Of a stretch of DNA of 64,000 nucleotides, positions 42,806 through 56,650 are shown in pieces. The stretch lies in the NCBI RefSeq assembly GCF_964355755.1, contig NC_092672.1, positions 14,570,001 through 14,634,000 of the forward strand. Direction: 5' to 3'. The stretch comes from Antedon mediterranea (taxonomy: Eukaryota > Animalia > Echinodermata). Position numbers and translations under genes: made by a program. Under the pieces are notes generated by a model, which searched no databases, was not told the DNA's origin, and saw only the letters and a list, made by a program, of their open reading frames with translations. Position 1 is the stretch's first letter; each line of letters starts with the position of its first letter.

Positions 42806-43744
42806 AGTGGATATATTTCTGAACATGCTCAGAATGAATTTCTGACTTTGAATTTCCGTAGTACGAACGTTCCAAACTTTGAAACAACAGTGTTTAATTG
42901 CTTCTTTTTGCAAATTTCGATCATATTTTTCTTTTATGAAGTGTAGTTTAAGCAACACTCTTGTACAGTTTATAGTTTATGTATAATGAAAATGAATTTT
43001 GGAAATTGTAGTTTTACTGACTTTTAATCAAAATAATACAATTTAACATTTTGCTCAATATATTTATAGCAGCAGCAGCAGCTTCATATTTTGTGTCTAA
43101 CTTTTTTATTTATTAATTGATAATAACAAAGATCTTTGATAATAATATTTAATTTGTATTTATTGACTATAATTGCCAGAATTTATTAGCTTACCGGATA
43201 TAGAGCGTCATTTCAGGCGAACTATAGGTGTCATTTATCGTGAATTTTGAGGTATAAGTTCTGCGAACGCCCCTGAACCCTGAATAGTTACTTTTACTGC
43301 CTGCCATCTAAATGAAACAAAATACTATTATACGAAAAATTAAATTTAAGTTTATGAAGTAAAACATCGGTGAGTAAACTATTGTGAGTGACGCTAAGTC
43401 CGATTTAGATATAGGCGTAAGGTCTAAGGAAAGTAACAATTATTATAGGTCTGTAGTGTTTAATGTCAGATTTTGTTCAAATAACTTTTTACTGGGCAGA
43501 GAGAAATCGGTTTCTTTTTTTAAAATTATTTATTCATGGTCAAACACAATAAAAGATACAGTACTTGGTTTACATTATTTTCGTTTGTTCAAAGTTTTAA
43601 AAAATTAGGTTAAAATATCTAAACCCTAATTTGTATCTTTCATACGAGATATTAAATAGCACGCCCTCTGTATTCTTTTAACATGGACATAATTTTTTGA
43701 CATGGACCAAAGATAGTGCGACTATCTTTGCAGGGACCAAAACA

Positions 43745-44030
43745 TCAATCGAGTGGCCCGATCGGTTAAGGCAGACGCCTCGCAAACCATAGCTATACAA
43801 TACAATAGGCACAGGTTCCAGCGCTGTACCCAACCCAGTACGTCTTTCGGAAGAGTAGGTGGGGGGAGGGGGTGGTGTACTGGTCCATTCAGACCAGTGA
43901 GCACACTCGAATATTGTCCTGATGACAGTATTTCGCCAAGTACTCACCCAGTTTCTGATTGTGCTTTCACAAGTTGTCTGTTGCCGAAGTAGCATTGAGC
44001 AAAAAGTACCATTCATATGCTACAATATGA
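43745..44030 (+). mobile_element. Probable degraded tRNA-derived SINE
   Basis: A-box-like gagtggcccgatcggttaaggc, weak B-box-like aggttccagc, GC-richer body and a repetitive atatgaatt tail. Confidence 0.45.
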
Positions 44031-44617
44031 ATTATGTTAAGAAAAGGCCTTTGCTATAATGATTTTGTTCAGAATTTAATATGCTAGAATATGAATTGTG
44101 TTAAGAAATGAATATGTTTAGGAAAATGAATAGGCCTACGCTAAGTGAATGTGTTAAGACAATGTTAAGTTATGAATATCATGAAATGGATATATTTTTA
44201 GTAATAAAAGAAAAAAAAAAGTACCATTGAAATGAAAGAGTTGGAAAAGACTATATGTAAATTGGCAGACAGCGTAAAATTAACCAGCGGTCAACAATAC
44301 CGTGCATAATTTACCGGCGGTCAGCGTTTTGATGTTTGTTGACTGTTTGGATTGCTTGTGTGGGTGAGAAAGTAAGAAAGGCCACCAGACACTGTGTTTT
44401 TGGTAAACCCCGTTGCATTTTGCCGGGGATTCCCCCATTTCCGTAGTACCCTATTTATCTTCATTTTCCTACGTCCGAAAAATTTGTCGATCCTATTTTC
44501 TTTTCTGGAGTCAGCGCCAGGGAGATGTCTCCCTGCTCACTACTCATAAACATTCATTATTTGTATCCTGGGCGGAGACACAAATCATGGAGGTATACAC
44601 ACATTTCAACACTATTA

Positions 44618-45417
44618 AACATGTTTACTTTAGGACATAGTGTAGGCTACATGCGTATTCCAATGTGCGTAACATGTTTACTTTAGGACATAGTGTAGAC
44701 TACATGCGTATTCCAATGTGCGTAACATGTTTACTTTAGGACATAGTGTAGGCTACATGCGTATTCCAATGTGCGTAACATGTTTACTTTAGGACATAGT
44801 GTAGGCTACATGCGTATTCCAATGTGCGTAACATGTTTACTTTATGACATAGTGTAGGCTACATGCGTATTCCAATGTGCGTAACATGTTTACTTTAGGA
44901 CATAGTGTAGACTACATGCGTATTCCAATGTGCGTAACATGTTTACTTTAGGACATAGTGTAGGCTACATGCGTATTCCAATGTGCGTAACATGTTTACT
45001 TTATGACATAGTGTAGGCTACATGCGTATTCCAATGTGCGTAACATGTTTACTTTAGGACATAGTGTAGGCTACATGCGTATTCCAATGTGCGTAACATG
45101 TTTACTTTATGACAGAGTGTAGGCTACATGCGTATTCCAATGTGCGTAACATGTTAGTTTACTTTAGGACATAGTGTAGGCTACATGCGTATTCCAATGT
45201 GCGTAACATGTTTACTTTAGGACATAGTGTAGACTACATGCGTATTCCAATGTGCGTAACATGTTTACTTTATGACATAGTGTAGGCTACATGCGTATTC
45301 CAATGTGCGTAACATGTTTACTTTAGGACATAGTGTAGGCTACATGCGTATTCCAATGTGCGTAACATGTTTACTTTAGGACATAGTGTAGGCTACATGC
45401 GTATTCCAATGTGCGTG
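44618..45417. repeat. Minisatellite, 53-bp unit x ~15
   Basis: Unit aacatgtttactttaggacatagtgtaggctacatgcgtattccaatgtgcgt. Confidence 0.96.
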
Positions 45418-45629
45418 TTAAAATCTAGTTGAATGGGATTCAACTAGTCAATTTCTAGAGAAGAGAGGGCACTTAAATTAATTCTTTAATTAATTAAAAA
45501 TTGTTTGCCCTTATTTAAAAACAATACGATACGAAAGCAGAGAGAAAGAGAAAAAAATGCATATATTTATTCTGTTGTCATGATGCAAAAGATAGCCTAA
45601 TAAGCTTATTTATTTATGGATAGACAACA

Positions 45630-45947
45630 CCCACCAATAAGAGTTGTACTTACTGTATTGTAGAGAAAGAACATCGATTGTGATTGGTTTATTACTACAA
45701 TGGTCTAGAGAGAGTGAACGAACTTTCTCTTGTGCAAAACAACGTTTATTATCGACTCCTACTCACGTTTGGCCTACATTAGCTGACTGTATAGCGTCGA
45801 GTCTGGAGTAGTAGCGTCCGCGGCCGTTTACTACTGTACTGATACTCGAAGCTGGATATAATCGACTGACAAATCGTGCGTTTTAGTTACTCTGCCGATC
45901 GCATTCGGGTATTATTTAGACGTTTCTAATTATCTGTTAAATTAAAG
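45630..45947 (+). promoter_or_regulatory. Putative promoter and non-coding first exon of the NR0B gene
   Basis: CCAAT (~45634) and ATTGG (~45683) boxes, local CpG enrichment ~45790-45910, strong donor AAG|GTAAGC at 45947/45948; the NR0B ATG is preceded by an acceptor (53661), which implies an upstream exon. The link is inferred. Confidence 0.4.
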
Positions 45948-47823
45948 GTAAGCACATTAACTTATATATAGGGTGTACAAGCAGCATGCTCAGATATATG
46001 CCCGGATATATGATTGTATGGACATACACACAAACGAATTTTCATGATGAGTTAGTTATATTACGCCTAATAGCCTATATTACGCCTAATATAAAAGTAG
46101 GCTTATATTCGCGGCGAAGTATATTAAGTATCTTTTACCTTGAATACAGTATATACACTGTATGTTTTGTAGATACAGTACCTTTTTGTAAATGTAAACT
46201 TACTTTGATCATGGAAGAATTATTTTTTACCTCCATGCTTTGAATGATTTTTATTATTATATTGTAAATGTTCTCTATTGAACCACTTTGGAAATCAATG
46301 CTTTAATTAGCACTTAAAGTGTCATTCAGTATAAAGATAAATAAATAAATCCTGGAAAATCCTATAAAAGTACTGTAGTGTTAATGTTCAAAATATGGGT
46401 TATTATCAAACTCGATCAGGTGAAATGAGCATACGGATACGACATGAAAGTCAGCATAAAGTAAATCGCCGCACGCGCGTCCTTGAACCCTTGTTTGAAA
46501 AGGGAGCCCTCGCATCCCGTTTCATCCTGTAGATCTGATTTTATTTGAATCATTAATTTACATCAATAATCTTATATGTAGTCAATAGGTAGTACATATA
46601 GAATACATGTAGCAATACATACGATACCGTACAACAAGAACATCGACACAACAAAGCACACTTTATTATAAATGAAAATAGCAATATTATAAGAATTAAA
46701 TAAATCCATTGAATCTAGAAGCAATATGAAATAAGATAAGAATATGCATGACTACGGTACATCTCTTACTTTAACAGAAAGACCAAAATGGAAGGAGAAA
46801 ATACCATTTATAGAGAACGAACAAAATAGTTGCTCCGTCATTTGAGAGTTGGTAACTTGATAGTATTGCTATTAATATTACATTTATTAATGTTTATTAC
46901 AAAAACCCGGATTTTAAAAACAAGTTCGATATTAAACGTTTCCTTGTGACATGCAATGTTATCAATATAAAAGGAACTTTCTGAGGCCAGTTAAATACTT
47001 GGCTGAATTAATCGCACTCATTTATAGTGTGAAGGTTTGCTTGTACTATTGAGTACTGTGGATAGTTCAAGTAATAATAATCACCTCTATAGTTCAACGA
47101 CACTAGTTGTTAGTACAATGATCTCGAATACAAAATCGGATTATTGAGGCGTAACCACGCATCAATATTAAGAAAATCCGGTCTGTACTTTGTTGTACTT
47201 TCCCTCTACGGTATTCTTATTTTTCAATTAATTTGTGACAAGAGTACAGTTAGCAATTATTTATTTAAAAATGTATTTATCATGTAAGCTTGTATGTACG
47301 GTCTTTTTTCCAAAGTCTACTGGACAACAATTCTTGTTTGTATGTAGGCCTACTTTTAGAAAGAAAATATTGATTGATCGATTTATCTATGCATAAATAC
47401 CGTATTTATTTAGTATGTATGTGTCTCTTCTAATTGTAAAGTTGTCAAGGAAACAGTAGTGATATGCGATTGGTAGTACAGTAGTAGTAATTTTTCAGTT
47501 TGAGTTCAGTGTAATGGAAAGAGCAATGACCTATCTATATTATATAGCTTAAATCAATAATAATCCAAAACACACCCTTATCTACTTTGAACATCTAATA
47601 GTAGATAATATCATGTATTCGCAGTCTGGTTAGTATCGTATTGCGAGACAATATTTTATTCCAATTCTCTTCCATACATTCAATATAGAGTCCTTCAAAT
47701 ATCTGTTGAACACAATTTACCGCACGGCAGGGTGTTAATATCTTTCTCTTTTTGAACCTGAGCATCACGTCGTGCTCTTACACACCATGACGTATGCGGA
47801 CGTGATATATTGTCAGCAGAGAA

Positions 47824-48168
47824 GTTTGTAACTGGTGCCCGAACTGGTTTGTAACTGGTACCCGAACTGGTTTGTAACTGGTGCCCGAACTGGTTTGTAA
47901 CTGGTTTGTAACTGGTGCCCGAATTGGTTTGTAACTGGTGCCCGAACTGGTTTGTTAACTGGTTTGTAACTGGTGCCCAAACTGGTTTGTAACTGGTGCC
48001 CGAACTGGTTTGTAACTGGTTTGTAACTGGTGCCCGAACTGGTTTGTAACTGGTGCCCGAACTGGTTTGTAACTGGTGCCCGAACTGGTCGTAACTGGTG
48101 CCCGAACTGGTTTGTAACTGGTGCCCGAACTGGTTTGTAACTGGTTTGTAACTGGTGCCCGAACTGGT
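47824..48168. repeat. Compound repeat of two short units (tttgtaactgg, 11 bp; tgcccgaactgg, 12 bp)
   Basis: Irregular alternation of the two units sharing AACTGG. Confidence 0.93.
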
Positions 48169-51100
48169 GTTGATAAATTTTGGTTTAGTACGGTAACGGT
48201 ACGGCAATATACTTATCTTATGAGAAAAAGAGAGTTCATCAAGAAAACGCTCTCTTTTTTTAAAGTTTATTATATATTACAGCACAGTGATCCTTTTATT
48301 AAACATCCTTTTTTATAGATGCGTTTAAACTTGTTGCTCAGTTTCTTTCTTGAACTGGTAATTCGCATAATAATAATAATAAATACCCGTACAATATAAT
48401 ATATGAGTCAAATTTACATAATTAGTCGCAGAACTTTTGTTAATTAACTCATTCTTAAGAGCGTTGTGTTCACAAAATAACAATTAATGCACGTGTGAAT
48501 ATAATATTTTAGATAGTAGCTTTAAAGATGACTAATGACTAATTCCAAAAGATTTTTTTAAAAATGAGTTATTTTGAAGTATCATAATAGTTATTAACTT
48601 TCACCAAAAATTAGTCGAAAAAAAATAATTTAACTGAAATACAGAACCTTTGTTTAAAAAATAACTTTGACTTCCAGTCAAAGTTTTCGGGCAAAACATA
48701 TCTCATAATGCAACGCGCTTGTTTGGCTACTGGCTACTCTGTAAAAACTTCCTCGCGATCTGTGTGAAAATACCTTCTCAACCGTGACGAATTGTAATGT
48801 AAACAATCCAAATTAGCATCATGCATAATGCATACTCGTGATTTTGAAATCTTTGTTTACTTTCGCTCGCGACGATTTTCCAGACGAAATGTAATCAAAT
48901 TAATTTACCTGTTAATTACGTAAACTTGATGTTTTTGGCTCAACTTTAATATTACTGTGATATGGCCAATTTAAATTTAGAATATTTTGACCTTCATTTT
49001 TTGTGTTTCAAGGGACAATACGTACATCTTTAATCGTAGCACATTTTTTAGAAAAGTAAATACTAAAACGTCTTTCCCCATTTTTCAGATGACGAGGTGG
49101 TATTCTGTATTGTGAAATTGTGGCTATCGACAATTTAAAGATTGTGGAACAATATTTAGGCATGTTACCAATCATACATGTAAAACCTTGGGGTAAAATC
49201 TTACAGTGTAGTTGAACTTTCTTAAATTTCCGAAAATCCATAATTAAATTGGCTTTTGAAATTTGTGATTTTATGAACTTGTTTGGCATGGTTCCTTGAA
49301 CCTAACTGGCTCTCAATTTCATTAGTGCCTTTTGTGTTCCATTTAGTCAATTTTGTGCAACGATTTTCCAATATGCCGTTTGATAAGGAACATAATGAAG
49401 TTGAAAAGGTAAGAAAATGGCCCGAAGGTGCAATTCTAAATCACAACATTCCTGACGAGTTCGATGTAATGCATGATATGCTATCGTTCGTTCAACTTTG
49501 GTTTAAAGTAGAACACCAAACAAGAGCGCACACTCCGATGTTGTAAGCCTATTTTAAAATGAGGGCGCTTATTCCTCCGTTCATTCACCCTGACTATGAA
49601 TTTCTTCTGGGTTAAAAAAAATTTCATTAAGGACTAGCAGCATGGTATCTCTTCACTATAAAGTATTAAGCAAGTCATGTAGGCCGAGGATAAGTTTGTA
49701 TAGTCGTTTCGTTAATATACCGTACAAACTTTGCCGAGCACCGATTATACCTCCATGCACACAATTTGAAAATACTGTAGTAGCAGGGCCCTATCAAAAA
49801 ACCGATAGCCTATATTACGACCAAAGCTAAGTAGCATGATCAGTGGACAAGGAAAGTCGCAGACCTTTCATGGATAGGGACGAGGTTTGACAATTTTAGG
49901 AATGCAATATACACATAGACTCGGCTAACACTTCTGTATTAAATGTGCTGGTAGAAAAGACTTAATGAAATTAATTCTAAGCATATATATTGTTTATGCT
50001 TTTTTGTTTTCCATAGATAACGAAGTCCATTCCGTTAGATAAAAGTGATTGAAAAGTATACTGTAGTTAAGTATTTAAAGAATTTCTCTCCTCACCTTTA
50101 TACAAAGTATAAATTGATTCTTCCTCCTCTCCTCAAATATGTAGATTTTAGGGAGTAACATGATTGAAAAACAATTTCATCTGGTTTCGATGTGGTATAA
50201 TCATGTATGAACTCTATCTTACTAATATAAGTTAGAATGATGGAAATTTAAACGGATTACAATTGAGATATGTGTAATTGATATTAAAAGCAATATCAAT
50301 AAAACTGTTTTAATGTTAATTACTAACTAATTATTAACTCTATTTATTTTGTGATTGAATTGAGAGTCTTACGCTTACTTAACCCCCATTTCCTCCTTGA
50401 ACAAAGCAACGTAGCAGTCAATACAAAGAAAATGAGGCTCAGTGTACGGTGCGAGTAAACTATGAACGACTTATACAGTATCAACAAACACACAGTAGGC
50501 CAATATTCGAACAAAGTATTACACAATGTATGCTTCGTTTTCCTGTTATAACATAATATATGAAGGTAATAAGAACAATAGCATATCAGGAGTTTAAAAA
50601 AAAATATGTACAATATTATTAATGTATTGTTTGTGACGAAATGCTGTATTTATGTTTTTGAAGATTTAATCAATTGTTAACTAATTGGAATATAAGTTGG
50701 TCCCGTAATTTCACTTATTCTATATGTACAATTAGAATATTGTTCCATTAACTTTCGCCGCTTATATTTTAATGTACGTGCATGGTTCTCGTTCTCTGGG
50801 TCACATGTTGCATAACCGAACTCGTTAAATCTAGTTTACAGCTCACCAATCAACACTGACGTGACAATTAGGAAACTTGTTTAAATGAAATTGTGTTTAG
50901 TAATAGTACTAGTATAACTTACATACACATTACGCAAATTCAACTAGAGATGCTATTATTACTAAATACAAACTTCTTCAAAGATGTGATTTTTGTATTA
51001 CATTCAACAAAATTGGGAACCACATTGCGTGCGAATATAACTCATACAAGGAAATATGTAGTGATTAGTTAGTTAGTGATTAGTAAATTGAGTTAAATAG

Positions 51101-51388
51101 GCCTATTTACTCTGTGAAGACAATTTTTTCATTACAACAAACGTCTTATGCGTTAATAAACATGGGTTTCAAGATGCTTTGTTGATATGATTTAGTTTTG
51201 AACAAACCAAAAAAAAAGCGTGTATAGGGTTCAATAATCATGGAAAAGACCACTAGTCTACATTGTATTGTCAATGATCAATTCAATTATTTATTCCAAG
51301 CTTGCTTGTCACGTATATAAGAGTTAATGAATTATGATTTAAAAAAATTACATAAAAGGTTTATAACATGGCAGTGGTAACAAATATC

Positions 51389-51928
51389 CCGTAAATCTTC
51401 TAATAGTAACCCACCTTATAATTCAATCTATAATAATAATCCCCCACTACTCTAATAGTAACCCCCTCCCCCCTTCTAATAGTAACCCACCTTATATTTC
51501 AATCTAAAATATTAACCCCTCACTACTCTAACTCTAATAGTAACCCATGGGGGTTACTATTAGAGTCACAAAAACTTATGATGCAGCCGTAATTTGAAAA
51601 TAAGGAGATAATGCATGTTCATCTGGGGAGTGGGGGAGGATTGAGTGTTTTTGAGTTTATAAAATAAAGTTAGCGTTCAACCAAATTTGTTTATTCGTAC
51701 TGTTTATTATTTTGCTATGAGTTGCTGACCGGAAAAGTTGGGGTGGGTTACTATTTTCAGGTGTCTAATTTAAGATTAGTAATAGTAACCCACTACTCTA
51801 ATAGTAACCCCCCCCCCCCCTTTTTTTAATAGTAACCCCCCCCCCCCCCTTCTAATAGTAACCCACCCTAAAAAACAATCAAAGCATAATAACCCATGGG
51901 TTCAGGGTTACTATTAGAAGTTTTACGG
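51389..51928. mobile_element. pogo/Tc2-like MITE with CCGTA termini
   Basis: TIRs ccgtaaatcttctaatagtaaccc / gggttactattagaagttttacgg-ta; many internal taatagtaaccc repeats. Confidence 0.75.
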
Positions 51929-52890
51929 TAAAAAGTGTTGGAAAAAAGGAAAAAAAAAGGTATGTTCACCTGACAAAATGTAGTAGATTGGAGAAAAGAA
52001 TTTTGTAATCTATTAGTTGATCCATCGAAAAACCTAGCCCTTATTATAAAATATTGAAACCAGTTCACATTCGAATTACTTTTAATACTTATCTTTACGT
52101 CAAGCAATAAACATATTTCCTCTGAAATTTTATAATGATCAATGTTACTGCATTTGAAAAGATGATAATCTGTTTTATGTCCAACATTATCAGTACTGGT
52201 TGTAACTTGTAATTGAATTTCGTGTTCAAAAATAGGCCTACAATTTTGGAATCAATATTGTACACGCCTTAATTGACCCCCGTCTAATCATTGTATATAA
52301 TTATCTTTGCGCTGTCGTCAATTATTACATTTGTGTAACAATAAAACATTTTTTCTTAATAAAACAAAATGGCGGTTGATTTAGTATAGAGCTGCATGAA
52401 TATCGTTGACTGTCGACATATCAGCAAAATTATTTTCAACAGCATCATAATGAGATCTTTTTCTTGTCTTTTGAAAAATATCATTATGAAAACACAGTGA
52501 CTGTCCTTGAACCAGACAAGCAATCACTTTGATAGAGATAATTACGGGGTTCATTCCACGTTCAATCTTGAAAGCAATCGATTTTGAATAAAGCTTGAGG
52601 CGTGATGGCCAACATAGGCTGCCAATTGATCAAAAATTCATACAAGAATCAACACTGTATATTGAGCAAAAATATGTCTTAATTGATGTCGAAAAGCAGA
52701 TCTAATCTAAAATGTACCACAACTGTTTAGTTGTATCGTTGTTTGATGTTTATTTGTGTCTAGTTTATTTTATACCGGTACACTTTGTTTTTCAATTATT
52801 TAATTGGGAACAGGTATAGGATCAGATAAGTTCGGAACTTTTTTTAAACTTGTTCCCTTCCTCCGGCGATATTAATTAATTAACTAATTT

Positions 52891-53033
52891 GGTAATGGGT
52901 ATTGATACTCCTGGTAATGGGTATTGATACTCCTGGTAATGGGTATTGATACTCCTGGTAATGGGTATTGATACTCCCGATAATAATGGGTATTGATACT
53001 CCCGATAATAATGGGTATTGGTACTCCTGGTAA
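52891..53033. repeat. 22-25-bp tandem repeat x ~6
   Basis: Unit ggtaatgggtattgatactcct with cgataataatg variants. Confidence 0.9.
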
Positions 53034-53269
53034 TATAACAGCCATCCAGTTGATAATTATACATTTTATTTATTCATTTATTTCGGTATAAATGAAAAAT
53101 ACAGAAATTATTGCCAAAAAACTATAGCAGTGAGCACAATATATAACCCATACATTAAAATATTGATGTTAAGCTTAAAGACAGTTTGCAGAGAAGGGAC
53201 CTCATCCTAGTATTCCTAATAGTTTGATAATTGTTGTAATGGAAGAGAACACATTAACTAGACATTAAT

Positions 53270-53480
53270 TCTAAAGCGCCCGGTGATAGTACAGTAACAT
53301 TTGATGAGGAAATCTGTGAGAATGAGAAAACGTCGCCCCAACCGAGACTCGAACCCGGACCTTCTGATACAGCTGTCCTAACCATTAGACCACTGGGTGT
53401 TTCCTGGTATTGTTCAAACTTGATTGGATAGCGACTCTTTAACATTCTCGGCGTGGTACGACAGAACAGCACTGTCTCTC
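53270..53480 (-). mobile_element. Repeat containing a tRNA-derived segment (SINE-like; tRNA-like part ~53336-53398)
   Basis: Minus strand cccagtggtctaatggttaggacagctg...aaggtccgggttcgagtctcggttgggg: clear A and B boxes, but the anticodon arm is truncated, so it is not a functional tRNA. Confidence 0.6.
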
Positions 53481-53664
53481 AATTTATATGTTTCAAATTA
53501 ATTTATTAAATTTCAGTATATTAAGAAATACTGTATATATATTTTATCTTTTTCTTAATGCATAAGGTAAAAAACCCTTCAGACCCATGAGAGACATTGC
53601 TTTATTACATATGTTTTATGGTATTGCCTGTGTTAACTGTGTTAAATATGTTTTGTTTTAGAAC

Positions 53665-54905
53665 ATGTCAATATCTTCACTGGAGAGCCAGTGCGATCAT
53701 GGTGGTGGTCAATTATGCACTGTAAAAGATACAATTTTAGAGAGCTTACTTCGTGAAGACACGGTTCAAAACAGAAAACCGCATTCGTCACGAATGGAAA
53801 CGCAACGGATGTGTCGGTGTCCATATGTACGCGTTCATCTTGCTTTTAACCCTGGCTCAATCGTGAACAGAAAACTCGCAAATTGGCTTGTGAGATGCGT
53901 CCAATTTGCCCGAGGTTTACCTGATTTTTCATCACTGTGTGTTAAAGACCAAATTAGTCTGTTTCTATCTGCCTGGAAGGAACTAGTTATTTTGTGTATG
54001 GCACAGGCATACTTTAAGTATACAGTTAAAACTGATGATGGTATCCATAGCAACTCAGATCAAATTGTAGCCAAATCTGTAGGTGGGAATTGTCCTGGAA
54101 GAAGAGCATACATGGAGGGTGTTCCAACCAAAAAAGCTGTTGAACAATTGCAATTTGTTTTAAATAAATTTTGGGAAATAAAACCGGACGAAAAAGAATA
54201 TGCAATTCTGAAGATGCTACTTCTTTTAAATCCAAGTAAGTAACTTGTGTTAACTCACAATATAGCAATGTAGCCTACCTAGTACTATTCTATACGACAA
54301 TTCTGATTAATATTGGTAAAAGTATAAACATTTACGTTACGTATGGCGTATCATACGTAAACTTGTGCTGGAATTACCGTCTAGGCAAACACGACGAAGG
54401 CGCATGGTTATATTAAAAATAAGGATTACAGTAGGATTAGTGTTAAAGGCCTTTCAATGAGCATGCTCTTGTCTTCATTTTGATTGAGTGTTCGAGAAGT
54501 ATCAGAAAATCCGACAAAAAGTGACAAAATAGTTATCGTTATGGTTATATTTCTTCTACTCCGAAAGTTCATAAAAATAAATAATATTATTCGATACATT
54601 ACACATTAAAACAGTATTTTGTATTGTTCTCGTTTTTTATATTTTCAGACATGAGAGACCTAACAGCAACAGCAAGAGTTGAAAGAATTCACGAATCAAT
54701 ACAATCAACATTGATGGAATATGAAAAACTGTGTTATCCAAATGATCCTCTCAGGTTGTCTCATCTACTCCTTCTTTTGCCTGGAGTTCGTGGATTTAAT
54801 AAAATAACATTTGAAAACTTATTTTTTCGTCATCTCATTGGAGATACTGAAATGGAATCTGTTCTTGTTGAATTGATACAAGACCATGTCGTATGCTCTG
54901 TCTGA
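53665..54905 (+). CDS. NR0B: NR0B-type orphan nuclear receptor (SHP/DAX1-like; ligand-binding domain only), 275 aa
   Basis: Exons 53665-54235 and 54649-54905. N-terminal LxxLL box (ILESLL), CxC motif, LBD signature VQFARGLPDFSSLCVKDQISL..AWKELVILCMAQ, KFWEIKPDEKEYAILK, intron at LNP|N matching the FNP|D intron of vertebrate NR0B1/NR0B2, C-terminal LFFRHLIGDTEMESVLVELI (human SHP LFFRPIIGDVDIAGLLGDML). No C4 zinc-finger exon found upstream. Confidence 0.88.
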
Positions 54906-56650
54906 ATATTAGTAAATCTGAAATCGCAGCTTTCTGCTCCTATCTATCAATCCATCAATAAGAGTATATACAGCTAGAATTTAAGATGTTGGTTTGTCTA
55001 CTTTGTTAACACATTCTGCTAATGTAGAGTAGATAGTAAAGGAAATTGCATTGATTAATGTAAAGCCTAATGTACAATTTTCATTGTGGACTTACGATTC
55101 TATTAGTCGTAACTTCTATCACACTCTAAATAACGTGGTTTTAAAATTAAATTAACTCGAAACAAGGAATACATTCGAAAATAAGCTTCTTGTAGCCTTG
55201 TTAAAGAAGTTAAACATTTTTTTTAAATCGTTTAGAATCAACAGTTTACGAATTAGAGACCAAGTCATTTTAACATGATCTTAAATAATTATTAACAGTT
55301 AAGTTAACACTCGTCGTGAAAGATGTCTTGTATTTCTGATTGGTATTGGTAAATTTTCCTTTTTAACCTAATTCTAATTTTGATTCCATTTGTTCTAATA
55401 CTTTTATATTAATGATTTTATTTATTCATTCAGTCATAAAATTAGTGAGGCAGGCCTCATGATAACCTTGAACTTAACAGTGTGTTTACATGCATAACGC
55501 ATCATCGTATCATGCTCCGATAAACGCATTTATCCTCGGAGGAGATCCGTCACAGAAAACCTTTTCTCATTCTATATGATTTGTTTTCAGAACGTGACTA
55601 TAGCTCCGAATAGTGATATTATGTCTGCTATACTTTCAATTGCATGGATCTACTGTGGAGTATCCATACATACAGTACAGTATACGGCACAAAAACTGAT
55701 CATCAAAATGAATATAGAATGTCTTTAATCACCATGTTTTTTAATCGTCTCCCAAACCCTACTCTTAAATGTACATTAATAAATGCAATAATTATGCAAA
55801 ATTAAATTATAAAAATGGTTTGAAGAAGCATGTTTGTGTTCGTATTTAAACAATAATTGCCAGTTTAAAATTGTTGCAAATTGTGATTAAGAATCACAAT
55901 GCGTGTAACATGTGAAACTTTTGTCGTAAGAACACTACAATTACCCTGGGCCTAACCGTAAAACCCATGATAAGGTAATCAAATTGCAAAATGTTTTTGG
56001 CAATTTGTTTACAGTATTATGTTTAGTCTATATAATGTACGGTTTTCCTGGCTAAGGAGTGGTGTTTTTTATGTATGTTTTGTTAAACATTGAAAGTGGG
56101 CAATAGTCTATACATATTTTGTTTTTTCTCGTTCTTAATTTCCCAAAGTTTTGTTAAAATCACTTTGAAACAGGTTCTCAACGAATTGTTTAAAAGTATT
56201 TGTTATTAAACAATACTTCTAATATATTTATTATGTAAATAATGTTGAATAAATTGTTGCTTACAGCTAGTGCAGTGTATTATAATTGATAAATAAGTAA
56301 TAAATACATTTATGCATTCAGTATGACCATTTAGTGTGATTTATTTAAGGGGCTTTATTTTTTAGTTAACATTTTAATGTTTCTAGGCTATAAATAATTA
56401 GTTCACACATTTAAAAGAGCGTACACATTATTATTTCTTTTAATATGTTCTTGCTCAAACAATTTTATTATCCGACAGTTTCATTTTGATGGCATAATCT
56501 TGTCAATTTATTAACATAAATAGGTCCCGTAACTTTAAATGGCACTATATATATAAATCATCGAAGAATTTCATTTAACTCATGTTTATGACCAAGCAGT
56601 TAGTTGATAAAGATCTGGATCGTTTTTTAAATAGTTCTTTAAAAAAAAAA

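Noticed and set aside
47695-48207. 170-aa minus-strand ORF
   Set aside because: Produced by the AACTGG compound repeat.
53336-53398. tRNA gene
   Set aside because: A and B boxes are present but the anticodon arm is incomplete; treated as SINE-like.
40900-53600. Nuclear-receptor DNA-binding-domain exons upstream of the LBD
   Set aside because: No C4 zinc-finger motif seen in the ORF track or by reading; short exons could have been missed.
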